Below, one piece after another: positions 54,165 through 61,896 of a stretch of 64,000 nt of DNA. Numbering within the stretch: the first letter of the stretch is position 1; each line of letters begins with the position of its first letter. Source of the stretch: an uncultured Flavobacteriales bacterium (lineage in GTDB: Bacteria > Bacteroidota > Bacteroidia > Flavobacteriales_D > Crocinitomicaceae). The stretch lies in assembly GCA_913059205.1 (NCBI GenBank), contig CAJXRM010000001.1, forward strand, positions 22,636-86,635, given 5' to 3'. Position numbers and translations under genes: made by a program. Under the pieces are notes generated by a model. The model was not told the origin of the DNA. It was given only the letters and a program-made list of their open reading frames with translations, and searched no databases.

Positions 54165-55625
54165 ATGAGCAAGCAAAATCTTTCTATTTACAATAGTCTG
54201 TCGGGACAAAAAGAAGCATTTCAACCAATTTACGAAGGTCGAATTGGCATGTATGTTTGTGGACCAACACTTTACAGTGAGCCGCATATGGGAAACATGC
54301 GAACGTTCATTAATTTTGATTTGATTTACCGTTATTTATTGGTGGCAGGATACAAGGTGAAGTACGTGCGTAATATCACTGACGCTGGTCATATTACGAA
54401 TAGTGCAGGTGAAGCAGTTGATAGCATTGGAAAAGCGGCGCGACAAGAACAAATGCAATCGCTGGAAATCGTTTATAAGTACAATGTGATTTTTCAAGAT
54501 TTACAACGTACATATAATATGTTGCCTCCGAGTATTGAGCCAACGGCAACGGGTCACATTCAAGAACAAATAGAAATTATTGAGAAAATCATCGAAAATG
54601 GATTCGCCTATACAGTGAACGGTTCGGTTTATTTTGACGTGAAAGCATACAGTGAAAAACATCAATATGGAATTCTAAGTGGAAGAAAGATTGACGAGTT
54701 GGCAGAAGAAACACGCGAATTAAATGCACAGGACGAGAAGCGTTTCTTTGCAGATTTCGCCTTGTGGAAGAAAGCGAATCCTGAAGACATGCAAATATGG
54801 CGTTCTCCTTGGGGCGATGGCAATCCAGGTTGGCACATCGAATGTACAGCAATGAGCACAAAGTACTTGGGAAATCATTTTGATATACACGGTGGTGGAA
54901 TGGATTTGAAATTCCCGCATCATGAAGATGAAATTGCACAAAACTGTGGTTCATTGGGTTGTTCACCAGCTAAATATTGGATGCACGCGAATATGTTAAA
55001 TGTGAACGGTCAAAAAATGAGCAAGTCCTTTGGTAATTACTTTTTACCAATGGAAATTGTCAATGGCTCAACAGACTTATTTGAAAAACCATTTTCTCCA
55101 AATGTTATTCGATTTGCCATGATGCAAGCACATTACCGCAGCAACATGGACATGACAAACGATGCACTTATCGCGACGGAAAAAGGATACAACAGATTAA
55201 TTGAAGCAATGAAGACCTTAAGTTCGTTAAAAACGAGCAATGAATCTTCTCAAAATATAGAGGAAATGGTGGAATCCTTTTATGCTGCTATGAATGACGA
55301 TTTTAATGCACCAATTTTGATTGCCAATTTATTCGATGCCGCAAAATTCATCAACACTGTAAAAGATGACAACGCGACAATCAGCGCTAGTGATTTGGAG
55401 TTGCTAACTAAAGCAATGAACACCTTTGTTTTTGATGTGCTCGGAATGAAAGCGGAAGCTGAATCGGCGAATGATCGATTGAGTCCTGTTATGGATTTGG
55501 TTTTGGATTTGCGTCAAGAAGCACGTACAAATAAGGATTGGACCACTTCAGATAAAATTAGAGACGGTCTAGCAGCGGCAGGCATTACGGTCAAAGATTC
55601 AAAAGAAGGAACAAGCTGGAATTAG
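54165..55625 (+). CDS. cysS: cysteine--tRNA ligase
   Basis: The start is moved to MSKQNLSIYNS. PHMGN (HIGH-type) and KMSKS motifs are present, plus GWHIECTAM and HGGGMDLKFPHHEDE. Confidence 0.9.
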   Translation: MSKQNLSIYNSLSGQKEAFQPIYEGRIGMYVCGPTLYSEPHMGNMRTFINFDLIYRYLLVAGYKVKYVRNITDAGHITNSAGEAVDSIGKAARQEQMQSLEIVYKYNVIFQDLQRTYNMLPPSIEPTATGHIQEQIEIIEKIIENGFAYTVNGSVYFDVKAYSEKHQYGILSGRKIDELAEETRELNAQDEKRFFADFALWKKANPEDMQIWRSPWGDGNPGWHIECTAMSTKYLGNHFDIHGGGMDLKFPHHEDEIAQNCGSLGCSPAKYWMHANMLNVNGQKMSKSFGNYFLPMEIVNGSTDLFEKPFSPNVIRFAMMQAHYRSNMDMTNDALIATEKGYNRLIEAMKTLSSLKTSNESSQNIEEMVESFYAAMNDDFNAPILIANLFDAAKFINTVKDDNATISASDLELLTKAMNTFVFDVLGMKAEAESANDRLSPVMDLVLDLRQEARTNKDWTTSDKIRDGLAAAGITVKDSKEGTSWN

Positions 55626-55693
55626 ACGTAAAGACTAAAAGAGACAAGATTTCATGACTTGATCTATTGTAGCATTTTTGGTTGATTACTTTG

Positions 55694-55724
55694 ATTTTGT
55701 GTTCTTTGTTTCTTTTGTGGTTAA
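55694..55724 (+). repeat. triple tandem 8-10-mer (ATTTTGTG TTCTTTGTT TCTTTTGTGG) ending in TTAA, copy 1
   Basis: Read directly in the cysS-polA spacer. It is related to copy 2, which lies 94 nt downstream. Confidence 0.5.
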
Positions 55725-55787
55725 AAATTAATGTACACTATTTTGTAAGAGCTTAATTATTTCACAAAATTTTATCTGCAATAGAGG

Positions 55788-55817
55788 TCTTTGTGTCTTT
55801 TGTGCCCTTGTGGTTAA
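55788..55817 (+). repeat. triple tandem 8-9-mer (TCTTTGTG TCTTTTGTG CCCTTGTGG) ending in TTAA, copy 2
   Basis: Read directly. It shares the YCTTTGTG unit and the GTGGTTAA end with copy 1 and lies 19 nt upstream of the polA -7 box. Confidence 0.5.
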
Positions 55818-55835
55818 TTAAAGTCAATAAATAAT

Positions 55836-55843
55836 TAGATTTG
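55836..55843 (+). promoter_or_regulatory. Bacteroidetes-type -7 promoter box (TAGATTTG)
   Basis: Matches TAnnTTTG and lies 22 nt upstream of the polA ATG. Confidence 0.35.
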
Positions 55844-55864
55844 TAAGTCTTCAATAATACAACT

Positions 55865-58672
55865 ATGATTTCACCGGAACACGATAAAAAATTATTTCTA
55901 ATTGACGCTTACGCTTTAATTTTTAGAGCCTATTTTGCATTTGCAAAGAATCCCCGAATGAATTCGTTGGGCCAAAACACATCTGCGGCTTTTGGATTCA
56001 CAAATTCATTAATTGATGTGATAAAAAACGAAAAACCAACTCATCTAGCGGTTGTTTTTGATCCACCAGGAGGTTCTGTTTCTCGGAGAGAGGAATTTGA
56101 AGCGTATAAAGCTCACCGAGAAGAAACTCCAGAAGGAATTACTTCGATGATTGAACCAATTAAAGAGATTATACGTGCGTTCAATGTTCCAATTATTCAA
56201 GTGAATGGTTATGAGGCAGATGACGTTATTGGAGCGCTTGCTAAAAAAGCTGAAAAGAAAGGATATAAAACCTATATGATGACTCCCGATAAAGATTTCG
56301 GACAGTTGGTGAGTGAAAATATTTTTATGTTTCGTCCAGGAAGAGGTGGTGACCCAGCTCAAATTTGGGGCGTGAAGGAAGTCTGTGAAAAGTTTGATTT
56401 GGATTCAGTGGATCAGGTAATTGACTTATTGGGTTTACAAGGAGATGCGGCAGATAATATTCCTGGAATACCCGGAATTGGTCCAAAAACGGCTTCAAAA
56501 TTATTGAGGCAGTACGGTTCCGTAGAAGGCATTATTGAACATTCGCATGAGTTGAAAGGAAAACAAAAAGAAAACATCGAAAATTTTGCGGAGCAAGGAT
56601 TAATGTCAAAATCGCTGGCAACAATAATTTTGGACATCGATGTGGAGCTGGACGAGGAAAATTTGGTGATGTGCGATAGCGACCCGGATAAAATTCGTGA
56701 AGTTTTTACAAAATTAGAATTTCGAAACTTGGCCCGAAGAGTTTTGGGTGAAGAAATTGTGGTTTCGCAAACCTCAGCACCAGAATCGAATGGCCAAATG
56801 GACTTGTTTGGAACACAGAGTTTAGTTGTTGAACAAGCAGCAACTGAAACAGCAGAATACAAGACCATCGCTACAGAGAAATCCAGTTACCATTTAATTA
56901 CACGACCAGAAGAGCGAAAAGAGCTTTTGGAAATTTTGATGAAGCAAAAATCTGTGTGTTTTGACACTGAAACGGATCGTTTGGATGCACTGCACGCCAA
57001 CTTGGTTGGAATGTCATTTTGTTATAAGGAAAGAGAAGCGTTCTATGTTGCAACTCCAACTAATTTTGAAGATGCGAAGAAAATAGTCGAGGAATTTAGA
57101 CCATTTTTCGAGTCTAATACAATCGAAAAGATTGCGCACAACATAAAATATGATATAAAGGTCATCAACCGCTACGGGGTAAGCGTCAATGCACCAACAT
57201 TCGACACCATGATTGCTCATTATTTGATCAATGCGGATTCGAAACAGAGCATGGATTTCTTAGCTGAGTTTTACCTGAATTATAAGCCAGTTTCCATTGA
57301 AACACTGATTGGAAAAAAAGGAAAGAATCAAAAAAGCATGGCTGATTTAGCACCTGAGGAGATTTCAGATTATGCGTGTGAAGATGCCGACATTACGTTT
57401 CAATTAAAGCAAATATTTGAACCAGAGATTCAAAAGGAACACTTGAAGAAGTTGTTCTTTGAAATGGAAATGCCACTTGTAGAAGTGTTAAAAGACATGG
57501 AACGCGAAGGTATTTCAATTGATTCTGATGGTTTATTGAAATATTCTGAAGAACTTGGAAAAACGCTAGATGAGCTCGAAGTTTCCATCACCAACGAAGC
57601 AGGAATGAAATTCAATATCGATTCACCAAAGCAATTGGGAGACGTACTTTTTGAGCACTTGAAAATTTCTGCAAAAGCAAAGAAAACGAAAACCGGTCAA
57701 TATGCGACAGGTGAAGATATTCTTCAAAAATTGGTGCATGTACATCCAATTATTCCAATGATATTGGATTACCGACAATTACGTAAGTTAAAGAATACGT
57801 ATGTTGATCCACTTCCGACATTGATGGATGAGGTGGATGGAAGAATCCATACCAATTACATGCAGGCTGTTGCAGCAACGGGTCGATTGAGTTCTAATAA
57901 TCCAAATCTTCAGAACATTCCAATTCGCTCAGAGAAAGGGAAGGAGATTCGTAAATCATTTATTTCTCGTGGGAATGGGTTTAAATTGATGGCTGCGGAT
58001 TATTCTCAAATTGAGTTGCGCATTATTGCAGCGTTGAGTGAGGATGAAAATATGATTAATGCGTTTAAAGGCGGACAAGATATTCACGCAGCTACGGCTG
58101 CAAAAGTGTTCAATGTTCCCTTAGAAGAAGTAACACGTGATCAACGAAGCTCTGCTAAAGCAGTCAATTTTGGAATTATTTACGGTCAATCCGCATTTGG
58201 CTTGGCGCAAAACTTAAATATATCAAGAACTGAGGCAAAACAAATTATTGATAGTTATTTTGAACAATACCCAACGATTAAAGGATATATGGACGGTGCT
58301 GTGGCCAAAGCGCGTGAAAATGGATATGTTGAAACAATTATGAAACGACGACGTTATTTATCGGATATTAATTCTGCAAATGCGATTGTTAGAGGTTTTG
58401 CGGAGCGAAATGCGGTAAATGCTCCAATTCAAGGTTCAGCAGCTGATGTTATAAAACTTGCAATGATTCGCGTTCACAATGCCATGAAAGAAGCAGAATT
58501 GAAATCCAAAATGTTACTTCAAGTGCATGATGAGTTGGTGTTTGATGTGCATGAAAGTGAAATTGACCTAATGAAGAACTTGGTTAAACGAGAAATGGAA
58601 GCTGCTATTTCTATAGCGGTTCCAATGGAAGTGGAAATCGAAGTTGGAGATAATTGGCTGGACGCACATTAA
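55865..58672 (+). CDS. polA: DNA polymerase I
   Basis: 935 aa with three domains. The 5'-3' exonuclease domain has LIDAYALIFRAYFA and GIPGIGPKTA. The 3'-5' exonuclease domain has CFDTETD. The polymerase domain has DYSQIELR, AKAVNFGIIYG and QVHDELVF. Confidence 0.95.
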   Translation: MISPEHDKKLFLIDAYALIFRAYFAFAKNPRMNSLGQNTSAAFGFTNSLIDVIKNEKPTHLAVVFDPPGGSVSRREEFEAYKAHREETPEGITSMIEPIKEIIRAFNVPIIQVNGYEADDVIGALAKKAEKKGYKTYMMTPDKDFGQLVSENIFMFRPGRGGDPAQIWGVKEVCEKFDLDSVDQVIDLLGLQGDAADNIPGIPGIGPKTASKLLRQYGSVEGIIEHSHELKGKQKENIENFAEQGLMSKSLATIILDIDVELDEENLVMCDSDPDKIREVFTKLEFRNLARRVLGEEIVVSQTSAPESNGQMDLFGTQSLVVEQAATETAEYKTIATEKSSYHLITRPEERKELLEILMKQKSVCFDTETDRLDALHANLVGMSFCYKEREAFYVATPTNFEDAKKIVEEFRPFFESNTIEKIAHNIKYDIKVINRYGVSVNAPTFDTMIAHYLINADSKQSMDFLAEFYLNYKPVSIETLIGKKGKNQKSMADLAPEEISDYACEDADITFQLKQIFEPEIQKEHLKKLFFEMEMPLVEVLKDMEREGISIDSDGLLKYSEELGKTLDELEVSITNEAGMKFNIDSPKQLGDVLFEHLKISAKAKKTKTGQYATGEDILQKLVHVHPIIPMILDYRQLRKLKNTYVDPLPTLMDEVDGRIHTNYMQAVAATGRLSSNNPNLQNIPIRSEKGKEIRKSFISRGNGFKLMAADYSQIELRIIAALSEDENMINAFKGGQDIHAATAAKVFNVPLEEVTRDQRSSAKAVNFGIIYGQSAFGLAQNLNISRTEAKQIIDSYFEQYPTIKGYMDGAVAKARENGYVETIMKRRRYLSDINSANAIVRGFAERNAVNAPIQGSAADVIKLAMIRVHNAMKEAELKSKMLLQVHDELVFDVHESEIDLMKNLVKREMEAAISIAVPMEVEIEVGDNWLDAH

Positions 58673-58675
58673 AAA

Positions 58676-58697
58676 AAGGGCAAATCAAGTTGCCCTT
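58676..58697. terminator. bidirectional rho-independent terminator
   Basis: AAGGGCAA-ATCAAG-TTGCCCTT hairpin flanked by an A-run and a T-rich tail. It lies between convergent polA and the lipoprotein gene. Confidence 0.6.
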
Positions 58698-58726
58698 TAT
58701 ATAAATGTATCTAATTTGAGTACCTA

Positions 58727-59263
58727 TTATTTTTGTTCTTCAGTTGCGGGTGGAGGTGAGGTTTGTGTCCATTTTTCCGATTCCAAAAGATCATCAAATA
58801 ATTTTTCGAAGCTTAAAATTTCTTGTGGATATTTATAGCGACGTCGAATTGCTTTCCGTTTTCCGTCTATTACAATTGAAGTTTTCGTTTCAGGTAAATC
58901 AGTAATCATATCATTGTCATAAGCATCTTCCATTTCAAAATACCCTATGCTTTTCGCTTTTGCAATTAAGGCGCGCATTTTATCTTTAGAAATGGTTGTC
59001 GAGTATTCGCCTAGTAATTCTACAGCTCGTATTCCATTTAACTCAGCAAAACCTGAATTATAAATTTTTAATTCATACGTAGGACAATTTCCATAACAAG
59101 CACCGCGGCGTATATATGCAAATAATGAATCGCCTTTTTCGACATCTCTAAATTCAGCATTATCCGAAGGTTTTATGTTGTCTTTACCTTCTTTTGTACT
59201 AGCACATGAAATCAAAAGGGCGGTAAATAGGATTGAGGAGAGTATATATTTCATAATTTTCAT
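58727..59263 (-). CDS. lipoprotein, function unknown
   Basis: Lipobox ALLISCAS and a RRGACYGNCPTYELKIYNSG block; 178 aa. Confidence 0.45.
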   Translation of the reverse strand: MKIMKYILSSILFTALLISCASTKEGKDNIKPSDNAEFRDVEKGDSLFAYIRRGACYGNCPTYELKIYNSGFAELNGIRAVELLGEYSTTISKDKMRALIAKAKSIGYFEMEDAYDNDMITDLPETKTSIVIDGKRKAIRRRYKYPQEILSFEKLFDDLLESEKWTQTSPPPATEEQK

Positions 59264-59327
59264 TTTTATAAAGTTATAATTTAATTAATGAATCAAAACA
59301 AAAAACTTGCCAGAAGAGCATCTTTCG

Positions 59328-59335
59328 TATATTTG
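59328..59335 (+). promoter_or_regulatory. Bacteroidetes-type -7 promoter box (TATATTTG)
   Basis: Matches TAnnTTTG and lies 49 nt upstream of the ATG at 59384. Confidence 0.3.
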
Positions 59336-59383
59336 AATCATTGATTATGCGCAAAATAGAATTGAAAATGAACATTGATAGAT

Positions 59384-60787
59384 ATGCTTTTTAGTAGTCT
59401 CGTTTTTATATTCTATTTTCTTCCTGCAATTTTAATTGCCTATTATTTGTCTCCAAAAAGCTGGAAAAATTATATTCTTCTTCTATTTAGTTTCATTTTT
59501 TATGCTTGGGGAGGAGTAAGTTATTCTGTTGTTTTTTTGATTTCCATTGTGTTGAATTATTTTTTTGCTCGAGGTATTTCGAATTCAAAAAACAATAGTA
59601 AAGCCTGGTTAAGAGGCGGTATTTTCTTCAATATAGCCTTACTTTTTTCGTTTAAATATTTCGTTTTTTTAGTTGAGAATATCAACAACATTGGTGCATT
59701 TTTTGAATATGACTTTGTTCTTTTTGATAAGTTGAAAATACTCCTTCCTTTGGGAATTTCTTTTTATACATTTCAACAAATGTCAATGTTATGGCACATC
59801 TATGGCTCAGAAGTAAAGTCAAAAATTAAATTCTCAGAAACGGCTTTGTATATTGGTTTTTTCCCCCAATTGGTTGCTGGTCCAATTGTAAGGTATAACG
59901 ATATAATTAATCAAATAAGAAGCAGAAAAGAAACGATTTCATTGTTTCACTCCGGAGTAGAACGTTTCATTATTGGGTTGTTCAAAAAAGTGATAATAGC
60001 AAATGCTTGTGGTCTGCTAGTTGATACAATTTTAAAAAGTGAAGTTGAACTGTTGAGCTTTTCGGCCGCGTGGTTGGGAATTGTTGCGTATGCTTTTCAA
60101 ATTTATTTTGATTTTTCTGGGTATTCGGATATGGCAATTGGTCTAGGTAGAATGTTTGGCTTTGAGATCCTTGAGAATTTCAACTTTCCATATATTTCAA
60201 AAAGCATACGAGAATTTTGGCGGAGATGGCACATTTCACTTTCAACTTGGTTTAGGGATTATGTTTACATTCCTTTAGGTGGAAATAAATCATCTGTTAA
60301 TAAGACGTACCGCAATTTATTGATAGTATTTTTACTAACGGGTTTTTGGCATGGAGCAACTTGGAGCTTTGTATTTTGGGGTGTTTATCATGGTTCATTT
60401 ATAATCATAGAACGCTTAGGCTTTTCTAGAGTCCTAGAGAAATTACCTTTTGGAATAAGTTGGTTGTATAGTAGCGTAGTAATACTTGTTGGTTGGGTGT
60501 TTTTCAGAATCGAGGATTTTGGTGAGGCTTTGAGTTTTATTTATGAAATGTTCAACTTCACAAAAACAGATGGAGTTAGTGCATTGAGCTTTTTGAATTC
60601 TGAAAACGTTGTCATTTTGTTACTTGCGGCTATTTTAAGTACGCCATTATTAGCAAAATTGACATCCATGAAATCAACTAATATGTTTCTATTCATGAAG
60701 AACTCCGCTTTAATACTTATGTTTATTTATTCAGTAATGGCCATTAATTTTGGTTCATATAATCCATTCATTTATTTCAAATTTTGA
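59384..60787 (+). CDS. MBOAT family O-acyltransferase (AlgI/DltB-like)
   Basis: Start taken at MLFSSLVFIFYFLP (ATG 59384). Polytopic membrane protein with FWRRWHISLSTWFRDYVYIPLGGN, which contains the conserved MBOAT His. Confidence 0.85.
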   Translation: MLFSSLVFIFYFLPAILIAYYLSPKSWKNYILLLFSFIFYAWGGVSYSVVFLISIVLNYFFARGISNSKNNSKAWLRGGIFFNIALLFSFKYFVFLVENINNIGAFFEYDFVLFDKLKILLPLGISFYTFQQMSMLWHIYGSEVKSKIKFSETALYIGFFPQLVAGPIVRYNDIINQIRSRKETISLFHSGVERFIIGLFKKVIIANACGLLVDTILKSEVELLSFSAAWLGIVAYAFQIYFDFSGYSDMAIGLGRMFGFEILENFNFPYISKSIREFWRRWHISLSTWFRDYVYIPLGGNKSSVNKTYRNLLIVFLLTGFWHGATWSFVFWGVYHGSFIIIERLGFSRVLEKLPFGISWLYSSVVILVGWVFFRIEDFGEALSFIYEMFNFTKTDGVSALSFLNSENVVILLLAAILSTPLLAKLTSMKSTNMFLFMKNSALILMFIYSVMAINFGSYNPFIYFKF

Positions 60788-61896
60788 CGAATATTATAAA
60801 ATATCAGTTAATCGTATTGTTCGTTGGGGTTTTGCTTTTGCCTTTTCTGAATGATGGAATTGGATTTGCTAAATTCGATAGAAGAAAAGAGAATAGAAGC
60901 TTTAAAGACTCGGTAGTCATTGACGCGGCAGATTTAGATAATTTACCAGGAGATGTTGAGGAGTATATTAATGACAATTTTAGTTTTAGAGAGCCTTTAA
61001 TTAAATCGTTTTCCAGAATTAAGTATTATGGTTTTGGCGTATCACCGAAACCTGAACATACAATTATTGGTAAGGATGGATGGTTGTTTATGGAAAAGTT
61101 TGAAATTGATTGCTACAGAGGGAGAGAAGACTTTGATAAAGAAGAATTAAATACATTAACTAAAATTTGGAATGAACGGCATAATTATTTTGTTCAACAC
61201 AATTTGAAGACATATTGGTTAATTGCTCCCATTAAACATTCTGTTTATTCTGATAAAATTCCATTCAAGTTTCAAAAATCGCGCGGAATTTCTCGTGTGG
61301 ACCAATTAAAAAAGAAGTTCGGTAAATCGCTTCCTGGATTTATCATTGATCCTGCTCCTGAATTAATTAAAGCTTCAACAAGGGATAAGGTGTTTTACAA
61401 GATGGATAATCACTGGAATTACAAAGCAGGATTGGTAGCAACTAAGTTACTAATTGATAGATTGTCTAAAGATTTCCCTCAAGTGAACATGAAATTTAAA
61501 GTAGAGTGGAAAGACACTACTCTTCAAAAAGGAATTCATTATGATGTACTTGGATTGGAGGAGCTTTCTGAAGAAGATTTCTCACCAATAATTCAAAATA
61601 AAAAATCGAGAGAAGTGAAGAAATTTGGTCTTCAATCACCTGAAGGGTTCGCTTATGAGTGGGAATATGAAAGGTATTTTAAAAATCCCGATGCTGGAAA
61701 CAACTTGAAAGTTTTGGTTATTCGTGATTCATTTGGTGAACAAATGATCCCATTTGTGTCAGAGCTGTTTAGCGAAACCTTGTTTATTTTTGATGATTGG
61801 AAGTATGGTTTAAACGAGGAAATTATCGAATTCTATAAACCAGATATCGTTGTCTATATTACCTTGGAAACGTTAATGAATAATCTTTTGCAGTAA
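60784..61896 (+). CDS. AlgJ/AlgX-like (DHHW/SGNH-type) O-acetyltransferase partner protein
   Basis: TTG start overlapping the MBOAT stop (TTGA). N-terminal signal anchor, then KMDNHWNYKAG (DxHW signature) and VLVIRDSFG. Confidence 0.6.
   Translation: MTNIIKYQLIVLFVGVLLLPFLNDGIGFAKFDRRKENRSFKDSVVIDAADLDNLPGDVEEYINDNFSFREPLIKSFSRIKYYGFGVSPKPEHTIIGKDGWLFMEKFEIDCYRGREDFDKEELNTLTKIWNERHNYFVQHNLKTYWLIAPIKHSVYSDKIPFKFQKSRGISRVDQLKKKFGKSLPGFIIDPAPELIKASTRDKVFYKMDNHWNYKAGLVATKLLIDRLSKDFPQVNMKFKVEWKDTTLQKGIHYDVLGLEELSEEDFSPIIQNKKSREVKKFGLQSPEGFAYEWEYERYFKNPDAGNNLKVLVIRDSFGEQMIPFVSELFSETLFIFDDWKYGLNEEIIEFYKPDIVVYITLETLMNNLLQ

Noticed and set aside
56413-56868. 151-aa minus-strand ORF (plus several 60-105-aa ones) inside polA
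   Set aside because: It is antisense to an unambiguous DNA polymerase I gene. Similar short antisense ORFs are listed in the track inside trpS, cysS, ABC-F, M48, CocE and other genes, and I reject them for the same reason.
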